Origin: a virus
Length of the DNA: 64,000 nucleotides
Direction: 5' to 3' (one strand)
IMG/VR virus record: IMGVR_UViG_3300042090_000890
Location: 33,915 to 97,914 of that record
Positions 55,459 through 64,000 of this stretch are shown piece by piece (position 1 is the stretch's first letter; every line of letters starts with the position of its first letter). The notes under the pieces were generated by a model. It ran no database searches. It saw nothing but the letters and a program-made list of their open reading frames with translations, and was not told where the DNA came from. The position numbers were made by a program, and so were the translations under genes.

Positions 55459-55761
55459 TTAAGCAGCTTTAACATCCTTCTTGAGCTTGACCGTTACTCG
55501 CGGAAACTCGATTTTTTTGATCAAGTTGTTCTTCGCGACAAAGACAGGATCGAGGACCGTGCAGAGCTGATCTGCGTCGACCGTTCGAAACTGTTGTTGC
55601 ATGGCAACGGTAGCCTCATACTCGTCGGTCGTAAAAGACCCTCTTTCGATGATAGCATCTTTGATCGCATCTGCCTCTGCTTCAAGGCGCTTGATTTCGG
55701 CCTTAATTGCGAGGTAATGAGCCAAAGCGGCGTTGTCGAGTACGGTATTTTTCTTTTTCAT
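55459..55761 (-). CDS. Hypothetical protein
   Basis: AGGAG SD; coiled-coil IKAEIKRLEAE. Confidence 0.65.
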   Translation of the reverse strand: MKKKNTVLDNAALAHYLAIKAEIKRLEAEADAIKDAIIERGSFTTDEYEATVAMQQQFRTVDADQLCTVLDPVFVAKNNLIKKIEFPRVTVKLKKDVKAA

Positions 55762-55780
55762 GGTATCTCCTATTCACTCA

Positions 55781-55809
55781 AGTATCTCATAGTCCACCAA
55801 AACAGTCAA
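55781..55809 (-). promoter_or_regulatory. Sigma70-type early promoter
   Basis: TTGACT-N17-GATACT; spacer shares GTGGACTAT with the 25077-25105 promoter. Confidence 0.65.
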
Positions 55810-55844
55810 ATAATTCGAAAACGCGTCTCTATACGGGATTTTAT

Positions 55845-55853
55845 CCTAATCTT
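55845..55853 (+). promoter_or_regulatory. Putative late promoter motif CCTAATCTT
   Basis: Exact copy upstream of the tail-fibre operon. Confidence 0.7.
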
Positions 55854-55919
55854 CAAATTGCTGGGAATGGTCTCAGTGGCGACACGGGTCGCAACAGTTC
55901 GAAAGGACTGAGGTTTACG

Positions 55920-56603
55920 ATGGCGTACTTACCGACGATGTTCGAATCGCGTTGGCCTGGTGTTATTCTCACCGGCATCATAATCGCCAATTCCATCATA
56001 ACCGTATCAGATACCGCAGGACTTCACCCGAAGCAAAAAGTCGCTCTGTCGGCCATCGGCCAGACCACCACCAACTTCACAGTTCACCGAGTTCTATCAG
56101 ACACCCAGCTGCAAGTCATTACGTGGTCCGAGACGCAGACCGGCGCTGGGCTAGATCAGTCCATTCAAAATCCGGTAGCCTTCAGCGGCGGGACTCTGAC
56201 GGCGTCAGAAGACGGTCGCAATAAGATCGGCTATGACATCGTGCTCCGCGCCGTCTACGATAATGAACCGTCCACCGCTCTCAGAAACGTCCTGGTCAAT
56301 AAGTACGGGGCCTATTACGACGCTACAAACCCGCTCCCGGTAGCCTTCGACGGGACGATCGAAGTCGGAGACGTGTCTATCGTGCAGGGCGGTAATACGA
56401 TGGTAGTCAACCCGGATGGGTCGATTAACGTTGATGCGACCATCGCAGCTACCATCCCGTCTAAGTGGACGGAGATCGATCTGAGCTACGATTCGAACAA
56501 CAACTTGATCGGGGTCCAGTATTTGGACCCAGCCGTCGAGCAGACTTTAACACTGAGTTACGACTCAAACAACAATCTGACCAAAGTGGTCGCGAGCGAA
56601 TAA
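55920..56603 (+). CDS. Virion structural protein (fibre/baseplate associated)
   Basis: VNPDGSINV and two LSYDSNNNL motifs; start at ATG 55920. Confidence 0.55.
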   Translation: MAYLPTMFESRWPGVILTGIIIANSIITVSDTAGLHPKQKVALSAIGQTTTNFTVHRVLSDTQLQVITWSETQTGAGLDQSIQNPVAFSGGTLTASEDGRNKIGYDIVLRAVYDNEPSTALRNVLVNKYGAYYDATNPLPVAFDGTIEVGDVSIVQGGNTMVVNPDGSINVDATIAATIPSKWTEIDLSYDSNNNLIGVQYLDPAVEQTLTLSYDSNNNLTKVVASE

Positions 56604-56604
56604 T

Positions 56605-56841
56605 ATGCCAGCTGCAGGTTCGGGCGATAGCCCACGAGATCAAAACAAATATGTGTTCAACCCTTTCACCGGGAACCTCGACGCGGTTGTGAAGTTCAAC
56701 CCGGATAGGATTGTGACGAATACGTTGAACGCCGCAGGTGGGCCGCGACTGATCTGGAACGCTGCTACAAGCACCTACGTTCCGGACGGCCCGGACGTCG
56801 TCGTCGACAACGACGGTAACGTTGTCGTGGTAGGTACATAA
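56605..56841 (+). CDS. Small structural protein
   Basis: FNPFTGNLD motif. Confidence 0.55.
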   Translation: MPAAGSGDSPRDQNKYVFNPFTGNLDAVVKFNPDRIVTNTLNAAGGPRLIWNAATSTYVPDGPDVVVDNDGNVVVVGT

Positions 56842-57518
56842 TGTCGTTACACGCCGCGCTCGCAGGAGCGGACCTTCATGCACCTTCGAATTACCTGGTC
56901 GAAAACGACACGGGCAGCACGATCACGGCATTGACGGTTGTCACATTCAATGGCATCGGTACGACGTTTCCGTCGATCGTTCCAATCACGTCTTCCGGTC
57001 AGACCATTCGCGGCGTGGCGCTCACCAACATCCTGGCTACTGCAGGATCGAACATCGGATATATCACGGCGCTTGGTTTTATGATTGGAGTCAATACGTC
57101 GGCATGGGCTGAAGGTACCAAACTGTTCTCGAACAATGCTGGCGGTTTAGTCACTACTCCTACCGGTCCGCTCGTGGCAACAGTTTACAAGCAGGACGCA
57201 GTCAACGGCTGGCTCTTCATCGAAGGACCGGCAGGCTCTGGTTCAGGCGGCGGAGGCGATGTCGTCGGTCCGCCGTCATCTACCAACCAGGCTATTGCGG
57301 TATGGGACGGTACGACTGGCCAGCTACTCGAAGATGGACCTGGCACGAACGTGCAGCCGTCCGGCGCGATAGCTGCCCAAGGATTTATTACAGATCAGGA
57401 AGTGACAGGAACTGTCATTGTAGGAGCAAACCAAGCGTGGGTAGCTCCAAGTTTGAATTTAACTCTAACGGGAACGATAGACTTAACCGGCGGCGGATCG
57501 CTGATTATAGTCGACTAA
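56841..57518 (+). CDS. Fibre-associated structural protein
   Basis: GDVVGPPSSTNQAIAVWDGTTG fibre motif. Confidence 0.55.
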   Translation: MSLHAALAGADLHAPSNYLVENDTGSTITALTVVTFNGIGTTFPSIVPITSSGQTIRGVALTNILATAGSNIGYITALGFMIGVNTSAWAEGTKLFSNNAGGLVTTPTGPLVATVYKQDAVNGWLFIEGPAGSGSGGGGDVVGPPSSTNQAIAVWDGTTGQLLEDGPGTNVQPSGAIAAQGFITDQEVTGTVIVGANQAWVAPSLNLTLTGTIDLTGGGSLIIVD

Positions 57519-57527
57519 GGAGCAGAA

Positions 57528-60500
57528 GTGGGCGGAGTAATTGCTTTACCAGAATTAGCGGTCAATCCATCAGTACCAGCGCCTGGGAACCTGCTCTTCT
57601 TCACGAAGACAGACGGCAATGCGTACATCATGAACAGCTCCGGTGTCCTGTCGGTCATCGGTTCCGTTACGGCTATCACGTCTCTGATAGGAGATGTTTC
57701 CGGTACAGGCCCCGGCGCGACTACTACGACTGTTAATTTCGTCGGCGGCCAATCCGCATCCGCAATCGCAGCAGCTGTTATTTTGATCGATACGGCCACA
57801 TCAAGCAACGTGCCAAGCTCTCTCGTTGAAAGAGATTCTGCTGGTAACTTCGCAGCCGGTACGATCACCGCTAACTTGAACGGTAACGCTTCGACATCCA
57901 CAAGTTCTACCACCACTATCAATTTTACTGGCAACTTGGCCGGTGATGTGACTGGTAACCAGAGTACTACAGTCGTCGGCCACGTTGGCGGACAGACTGC
58001 CTCTGCAATCGCAGCAGCTACGGTTGAAGTTGGTAACGCAGCTTCGATCAATACTCCCGGCACACTCGTAATCAGAGACGGAACAGGCAGCTTCACGGCT
58101 GGTACAATCACAGCTTCCTTGGTAGGTAACGTAACCGGCAACGTGAGCGGGTCTTCCGCCAGCTTCACTGGCAGTCTGCTAGGCGACGTGACTGGCACTC
58201 AAGGTGCTACGATTGTTGGTAAGCTACAAGGTTTCGTGGTCTCCGGCGCCACACCGACAGACTCCCAAGTTCTCATCTGGAATAACACTTCTCACCAATG
58301 GAATCCGACCAGCCTTTCCGGCGATTTCACGATAAATAACACTGGAGTCGCTTCGATTTTGTCGACTACGGTTACATCGAAGTTGCTTACTGGATATGTC
58401 ATCGGAAGCAATACTCCGATCACTGCGGCGGATTCCATTCTGTCTGCATTTGAAAAGGTCCAAGGACAGCTCGGCGCGACCATGTCGTCGGCTATCACCG
58501 GACTTACAGGCGACGGTACAGCTACTGGTCCCGGCAACGTGCCATTCACTCTCGCAACAGTCAATTCAAATGTCGGTACATTCGCTTCCGTTACAGTCAA
58601 CGGTAAAGGTCTTGTAACGGCAGCTGCCAATCTGTCGGGTGACGCGACGACTTCAGGATCTGTGATAACCCTCGACACAGTCAACTCGAACGTCGGCTCG
58701 TTCGGCAGTCAGACGCAAGTAGCTTCCTTCACAGTCAACGCAAAAGGTCTGATTACAGCTGCCTCGAACATCACGATTGGCAACCTCACGAATTCAAACT
58801 TGAGCGGGGCAGCTGGTATCACCGGCTCGAACATGGCCTCTAGCACCGTCACGAATACGAATTTGGCTCAGATGGCGGCGAACACTGTCAAGGCCAATAC
58901 GACCGGTATTCCGGCAAACCCGGTCGATACCGCTCTCGGTACGGTAACGGAAGCCACTTCGTCGGTTCTCGTGTTGACTGGTTGGGCAGACGCCACGATC
59001 GGCGCACCGACTATCCAAGTCTTACAAGCGAACACTTCTCAGTCTGGCTACTTGTCATCCACTGACTGGAATACGTTCAACAGCAAGCAGACGGCTGGTA
59101 GCTACATCACAGGCTTGACCGGCGACGTAACAGCTGCTGGTCCCGGCAACGTACCAGCAACGGTCGTCGCACTGCAAGGTCATGGCATTTCGACGGCTGC
59201 GCCGACGGATGCTCAGATTCTGGTCTGGGTAAACGGAACGTCCAAGTGGACTCCAGCATCTGTATCCGGCGATGCCACTCTGTCGGACACAGGCGTTCTG
59301 ACATTCGACACAGTCAACTCGAACGTCGGCTCGTTCGGTTCTTCGACGGCCATCCCGTCCTTCACTGTCAACGCAAAAGGTCTGATTACAGCTGCGTCCA
59401 CCAATGCGGTTGTGGCACCTGCAGGAACTCTCACCGGTACGACGCTCGCTTCGAACGTTGTGTCGTCTTCGCTCACGTCCGTCGGTACGATCACGACTGG
59501 TGTATGGAACGGCACTCCGCTAACGTCGGCATACATGCTGCCTTTGGCTACCAATGAGATATACGTAGGTAACGGTTCGAACCAACCTACAGCAGTGGCA
59601 GTTTCTGGTGATATCAGCATCTTGGCATCCGGCGCGACCAAGGTTCTCGCAATCCAGAATCATTCAGTGTCGAATACCGCACCTACAGACGCACAGTTCT
59701 TGGTGTATAGTACTGGTTCTACCAGCTATGTTCCGGTGTCCATCAGCGGCGATCTCAGCATGACCGATACCGGTGCCATGACTGTTCAGAAAATTCAAGG
59801 CACTACCGTTTCCGGAACCACAGGTACTGGCAACGTGGTCTTCTCGGCTTCGCCTACATTCACAGGTACTCTCGCAGCTGCGGCCATGACGGCCACATCC
59901 CTGTCAGCCGGTTCTCTGACCGACACCAGCCTGACCGCCGGAAGTGTACCATACATCGGCGCAGGCGGACTGATCACGCAGGATAACGCGAACTTCTACT
60001 GGAACGATTCTTTCGTATCTCTCGGTATCGGCGGACAGCCCCTGACTGCTACCTTGATTACTGGTATCAACACGTCTGGAGCCGCTAAGCCCATCCAATT
60101 GATCAACTACGGTGTAGGCGGATCTGTAGGAATACGCGGAGACTTCGCTCGCGGTACGGCCTTGGCACCTGCAGCCGCTCAGGCTACTGACATTCTAAAC
60201 TTCATCTCCGGTCGTGGTTATGGTGCATCGCAGTTCGCTACTTCCAGCACTGGCGGAATGCAGATAGTCGCTGGTGAGACGTTCACGAACACTTCCAACG
60301 CGACTTACTTGACCTTCAAGACTACCATCACCGGTTCTGTGACAAGCGCTGAGCGAATGCGTATCAACACGACAGGCAACGTCTTGATCGGGACGTCGAC
60401 AGACGGCGGACAATTGCTGCAAGTCGCGGGTACGGCATCCGTAACCGGCACTCTCGCATCTGGCGCTATCACGGCTCCTACGTTGACATTGACATCTTCA

Positions 60501-61529
60501 TCGACGACGGCCTTGACCGTCAATACGACTTCCTTCGTGGTCGACTCCGTCAACAATTCGATAGGTATCGGTGTTCAACCGACTCCAGCTACCTCGATTA
60601 CAGCCGTCAACACGTCCGGTGCAGCTAAACCGATCCAACAGATTGGATACGGTACTGGATCGTCCACAGGTCTTCGTGGAGACTTTGCTCGTGGTACGTC
60701 TTCGGTCCCTACGGCTGCTCAGTCTGGCGATACTTTGAATTTCATATCCGGTCGTGGCTACGGCGCTTCACAGTTTGCGACGTCTAGCACCGCAGTCATT
60801 CAGCTTGTGGCCGGTGAAGCCTTTACCAATACCAGCAACGCGAGCTATATTTCCTTCAAGACCACTCCGACAGGTTCTGTTACCAGCGCTGAAAGAATTC
60901 GCATCAACAGTACTGGCAATATCCTGGTCAATACCACTACGGATAACGGCATTGACACAGAGCAAGTTAACGGGTCCATCTTGGTTATCGGATCGGCAGG
61001 ATCTGGATATGTTGGATTTACTCCGCAGTCTTCTCCTCCTTCGACGCCAGCTTCCGGTTTCCGGCATTATGCAGATTCGACAGGAAGATTCGCTTGGATC
61101 GGTACGAACGGCTTCCAGAGAGTTTTCGACGCGACGTCCAACACCGCAGACCGCGTCTATGTGCTGCCGGACTTCAGCGGCCAGATCGCTACCGCGCAGA
61201 TGTCCACCGCATTCTCGACTGCGGTTGTAGCACTCACCTTTGGAGCGAACGTAGCGACCAACGCTGCCCTCGGAAACACGTTCACACTTACTCTGACCGG
61301 TACGGCGAACTTGTCCGCGCCGACCAATCCGACTAACGGTCAGAAGATCACGTACCGCATCAGTCAGGATGCGACAGGCGGACGTGCGCTGACGTTCGAT
61401 CCGATCTTCAACTTCGGTAACTCGATCTACTCGCAGACTTTGACTCCGAGCAAGACCGATTATATCGGTTGCATCTACAATTCAACCACAGTAAAGTGGG
61501 ATGTTGTAGCGTTCTCAAGAGGCTATTAA
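57528..61529 (+). CDS. Long tail fibre protein
   Basis: Repeats NSNVGSFG...TVNAKGLITAAS and L-x-GDVT; duplicated RGDFARGT...ERMRIN units; C-terminal QDATGGR domain. Confidence 0.8.
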   Translation: MGGVIALPELAVNPSVPAPGNLLFFTKTDGNAYIMNSSGVLSVIGSVTAITSLIGDVSGTGPGATTTTVNFVGGQSASAIAAAVILIDTATSSNVPSSLVERDSAGNFAAGTITANLNGNASTSTSSTTTINFTGNLAGDVTGNQSTTVVGHVGGQTASAIAAATVEVGNAASINTPGTLVIRDGTGSFTAGTITASLVGNVTGNVSGSSASFTGSLLGDVTGTQGATIVGKLQGFVVSGATPTDSQVLIWNNTSHQWNPTSLSGDFTINNTGVASILSTTVTSKLLTGYVIGSNTPITAADSILSAFEKVQGQLGATMSSAITGLTGDGTATGPGNVPFTLATVNSNVGTFASVTVNGKGLVTAAANLSGDATTSGSVITLDTVNSNVGSFGSQTQVASFTVNAKGLITAASNITIGNLTNSNLSGAAGITGSNMASSTVTNTNLAQMAANTVKANTTGIPANPVDTALGTVTEATSSVLVLTGWADATIGAPTIQVLQANTSQSGYLSSTDWNTFNSKQTAGSYITGLTGDVTAAGPGNVPATVVALQGHGISTAAPTDAQILVWVNGTSKWTPASVSGDATLSDTGVLTFDTVNSNVGSFGSSTAIPSFTVNAKGLITAASTNAVVAPAGTLTGTTLASNVVSSSLTSVGTITTGVWNGTPLTSAYMLPLATNEIYVGNGSNQPTAVAVSGDISILASGATKVLAIQNHSVSNTAPTDAQFLVYSTGSTSYVPVSISGDLSMTDTGAMTVQKIQGTTVSGTTGTGNVVFSASPTFTGTLAAAAMTATSLSAGSLTDTSLTAGSVPYIGAGGLITQDNANFYWNDSFVSLGIGGQPLTATLITGINTSGAAKPIQLINYGVGGSVGIRGDFARGTALAPAAAQATDILNFISGRGYGASQFATSSTGGMQIVAGETFTNTSNATYLTFKTTITGSVTSAERMRINTTGNVLIGTSTDGGQLLQVAGTASVTGTLASGAITAPTLTLTSSSTTALTVNTTSFVVDSVNNSIGIGVQPTPATSITAVNTSGAAKPIQQIGYGTGSSTGLRGDFARGTSSVPTAAQSGDTLNFISGRGYGASQFATSSTAVIQLVAGEAFTNTSNASYISFKTTPTGSVTSAERIRINSTGNILVNTTTDNGIDTEQVNGSILVIGSAGSGYVGFTPQSSPPSTPASGFRHYADSTGRFAWIGTNGFQRVFDATSNTADRVYVLPDFSGQIATAQMSTAFSTAVVALTFGANVATNAALGNTFTLTLTGTANLSAPTNPTNGQKITYRISQDATGGRALTFDPIFNFGNSIYSQTLTPSKTDYIGCIYNSTTVKWDVVAFSRGY

Positions 61530-61840
61530 TGTATAGGTATCGGTACATCAATCAATTCAGTCAGTATGGCAGAACGTTCTGTACGTTGATCCTAGACGAT
61601 CTAGAGACCAACATGCCTGAAGTTCGCATCGACAAGGAATTCGATGTACCGATGAATGAACTCGACGCCGAAACGTTGTATCAGGCGGCTGCCAGCGAGA
61701 TCGTGACAGCTCAGGCTGCGTACGACGCGTGGGCAGCTGACCAAGCCGCACAACAAGCTGAGATGCAAGCTCAGCAAGCTGCCGATGCAGAGGCTTTGGC
61801 CGCCACAATAGCAGCTGAAATAGCCGCAGGAGGTTCGTGA
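61529..61840 (+). CDS. Small fibre-associated protein/chaperone (putative)
   Basis: TAATG overlap; Ala/Gln-rich C-terminal helix. Confidence 0.5.
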   Translation: MYRYRYINQFSQYGRTFCTLILDDLETNMPEVRIDKEFDVPMNELDAETLYQAAASEIVTAQAAYDAWAADQAAQQAEMQAQQAADAEALAATIAAEIAAGGS

Positions 61841-64000
61841 TGTCCGTCTTAATGAGCGGTGCAAACGGTAATTTTACCGGCGCCGGTACAAATCCTTGGT
61901 ATCTAGTTGACCCGACATCCTACTCCAACTCTGAAGCTGCCTCGACAGCCAACACCACCTCGTGGGTATCCAGTACGACTTTCGTGCCGGGCGCGATCAC
62001 GATAAGCGGTATGGCTTTGAAAGTATCCGCTCACGGTGCGGCTGGTATGGTAGCTGTCAGGCTAGGAAAGTCCGGCACGATCACAGCCATCGCTACCGGC
62101 AACCCGTCCCAAATTACGTCTGCGAACCACGGCCTAACCACTGGTGAGACAGTGCTGTTGGCCGGTACAAACTCTACTCCAGCTTTGACCGGCCCATACA
62201 CTGTCACAGTCACAGGCACGAACACTTTCACAGTTCCAGTAAACGTGACCGTAGCAGGTACTGCAGGTACGTGGACCACACCGCTGGCCAACATAGCGAG
62301 CAATACTCTCGTAGCTACTCCGGTATTCACAACCACGGTCGCCCACGGTTTCACGGCAGGCGTCACCCAGATAGTCATCAAAGGTTCGACGTCTACTCCT
62401 AACATGAACGGTACGTGGACGGTTGCGACCACTCCGACCGGCTCGACGTTCACACTCACTGGCGCTCCGAGTTTCGTTGGTGGTACTTCTGGCTGGGGAG
62501 CTTACAATATCGTTGGAGTTCCCGACTCACTAGTCGTTATCAATGCGACCGACCTTCAAACAGTCAACGCAGCTACGGCTGTTGGATGGGCGAATTTCGT
62601 ATTCCCATCTTCTTTGACTCTCACCGCCGGTACCACGTACGTCGCCCAAATTTCTGGCAGCGTGGCCAGTAGTTGGACTCCATGGCGTACTACGGCGACA
62701 GCAGGTGATTGGTCGCGAGCGCTCATTACCACTACAAATCAAGCGCCTGTCGCGAGCGATACAACTCTCATCAATGGATCGTATTCTGCACCAGGAACCA
62801 ACAGCGTGTGGACCGTTACAATGGATAGCACGTCAAGTGCTACTACATACGGAGCAATCGAAATTGGCGGCAACGGTACGTTGGCTTACGGTACCGCTGC
62901 AAGCACGGCTTACTACCTCAAGATTGCCGGTTCGGCTGGTACGACCACTACGGGTATTCAAGGATACACGGGCGGTACGTTCAGCATGGGTACCCAAGGT
63001 ACTCCAATTCCATCCACGAGTACTGCTCAGCTTGAGTTTGCATGTACGACGCCTACACAGTATGGCTTCGACATGAAGCAGGGCGGATTCACGCTCAACA
63101 CAGGCGGTAATCCGCTGACAGTTAACAGTGCGTTGCTTGCAGCAGATGCGAACTCTGGCGCCACGTCGCTGACTACGAACGTGTCGACTGGCTGGGCTTC
63201 TGGGTCTGTAATCGGAGTGGCCTCAACCACTCAAACACGTGCTCAGACAGAAAAAGTCACAATGAGCGGTGCAGCTTCCGGCACTACGCTTCCAGTCTCT
63301 GCTCTGGTCAACGCCCACGGCGGCGGCGGTACACCGAACGTGGTAGCCGAGCTGATAAACTTGACTCGCAACGCGCAGATTTTCAGTACAAGCGCAGCGA
63401 ACACGACTTACGTGAACATCGGTGCCGCAGGAAGTATCGCAAACATCCAGTCGACAGAGTTCTTCAACTTAGGTTCGGCTACGGCCAGCAAGAACGGTAT
63501 CAACGTAGCTCCGTCGAATAACGGTAGCGTGACAATCAACGGATGTTCGATTCACGACAATACTCCAGCCTCCGCGAACGGCATTAACGTCACGGGCGGT
63601 ACGAACGGAAACATCACGGTCTCGAACACCGTTTTTTACAATATCACGGCATCGTGTTTGGCAACGGTTGTGACCACGCAAACTACCAACACTTACAACA
63701 ATTTGATCGGAATGCTGGGCGGCGCACTTATTTTCAATATAGGCGACGTGCTTGGCACAGTCACCAACCTGACTGCCGTGTCTGGTACTACAGGCGGTAT
63801 CACATTCACAGGAGCGCCTGCTTCGGGTAACTTCGGTACCTTGAGTGGCTTCACCGCACACTCGAATACCAGTGTGGGCATATCGTTCAGCGGCTTGACC
63901 CAGTTCGGTAACAACCCGTACGGAACGTTCTCGAACTTGACGTCTTGGAGGAATACCACGTACGGATTATCTTTCAGCAACGTCTTCTGTTTCATAGTCG
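61840..64000 (+). CDS. Tail spike/fibre protein with beta-helix-like repeats, 3' truncated (absent from ORF track)
   Basis: ATG 61840 after AGGAGG; reads MSVLMSGANGNF..., two (A/N)HG-x-T-x-G beta domains, then Asn/Gly/Thr-rich repeats; no stop seen before the window edge. Confidence 0.7.
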   Translation, partial: MSVLMSGANGNFTGAGTNPWYLVDPTSYSNSEAASTANTTSWVSSTTFVPGAITISGMALKVSAHGAAGMVAVRLGKSGTITAIATGNPSQITSANHGLTTGETVLLAGTNSTPALTGPYTVTVTGTNTFTVPVNVTVAGTAGTWTTPLANIASNTLVATPVFTTTVAHGFTAGVTQIVIKGSTSTPNMNGTWTVATTPTGSTFTLTGAPSFVGGTSGWGAYNIVGVPDSLVVINATDLQTVNAATAVGWANFVFPSSLTLTAGTTYVAQISGSVASSWTPWRTTATAGDWSRALITTTNQAPVASDTTLINGSYSAPGTNSVWTVTMDSTSSATTYGAIEIGGNGTLAYGTAASTAYYLKIAGSAGTTTTGIQGYTGGTFSMGTQGTPIPSTSTAQLEFACTTPTQYGFDMKQGGFTLNTGGNPLTVNSALLAADANSGATSLTTNVSTGWASGSVIGVASTTQTRAQTEKVTMSGAASGTTLPVSALVNAHGGGGTPNVVAELINLTRNAQIFSTSAANTTYVNIGAAGSIANIQSTEFFNLGSATASKNGINVAPSNNGSVTINGCSIHDNTPASANGINVTGGTNGNITVSNTVFYNITASCLATVVTTQTTNTYNNLIGMLGGALIFNIGDVLGTVTNLTAVSGTTGGITFTGAPASGNFGTLSGFTAHSNTSVGISFSGLTQFGNNPYGTFSNLTSWRNTTYGLSFSNVFCFIV

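Noticed and set aside
55324-55911. 195-aa + strand ORF and the 55707 upstream start of the next gene
   Set aside because: Both overlap a minus-strand gene, the structured RNA and/or promoters; ATG 55920 fits better.
1-64000. Stop-codon reassignment, introns or inteins
   Set aside because: Genes are densely packed and intact in the standard code with TAA, TAG and TGA all used as stops; no intein or homing-endonuclease motifs were seen.

Overview
This 64 kb window is a segment of a large contractile-tailed dsDNA phage (myovirus) with an SPO1/Twort-type head module, read in the standard genetic code. From left to right: an SF2 helicase, a phage sigma-70-like factor, an Mre11/SbcD-like nuclease, terminase, portal, a MuF-like protein, prohead protease, a 2,200-aa protein, scaffold and major capsid protein. 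Next comes an early-gene island (CYTH, DNA ligase, DEDDh exonuclease, DUF932, two ClpP), then neck and tail-completion genes interleaved with many unusual modular proteins, then tail sheath and tube. An inverted early island (Rrf2, UDG-like, a cloverleaf RNA) and tail-fibre genes close the window. The main candidate new system is a set of late-expressed polyproteins whose domains are separated by the same hydrophobic-x-Lys motif that precedes the predicted mature capsid N-terminus. This suggests the prohead protease cuts them into separate head-packaged effectors. The domains are two PI3/4K/HipA-like kinases (one fused to the protease itself), Nudix, GNAT, VTC, degenerate 2H and mCpol-like domains, a gp88-like domain and a lysozyme-like domain. 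Other notable features are a 10-copy late-promoter motif (CCTAATCTT) paired with a sigma factor lacking region 4.2, a Russian-doll nested domain insertion, and a non-canonical tRNA-like RNA. All family calls come from motif recognition by eye; no database searches were run.
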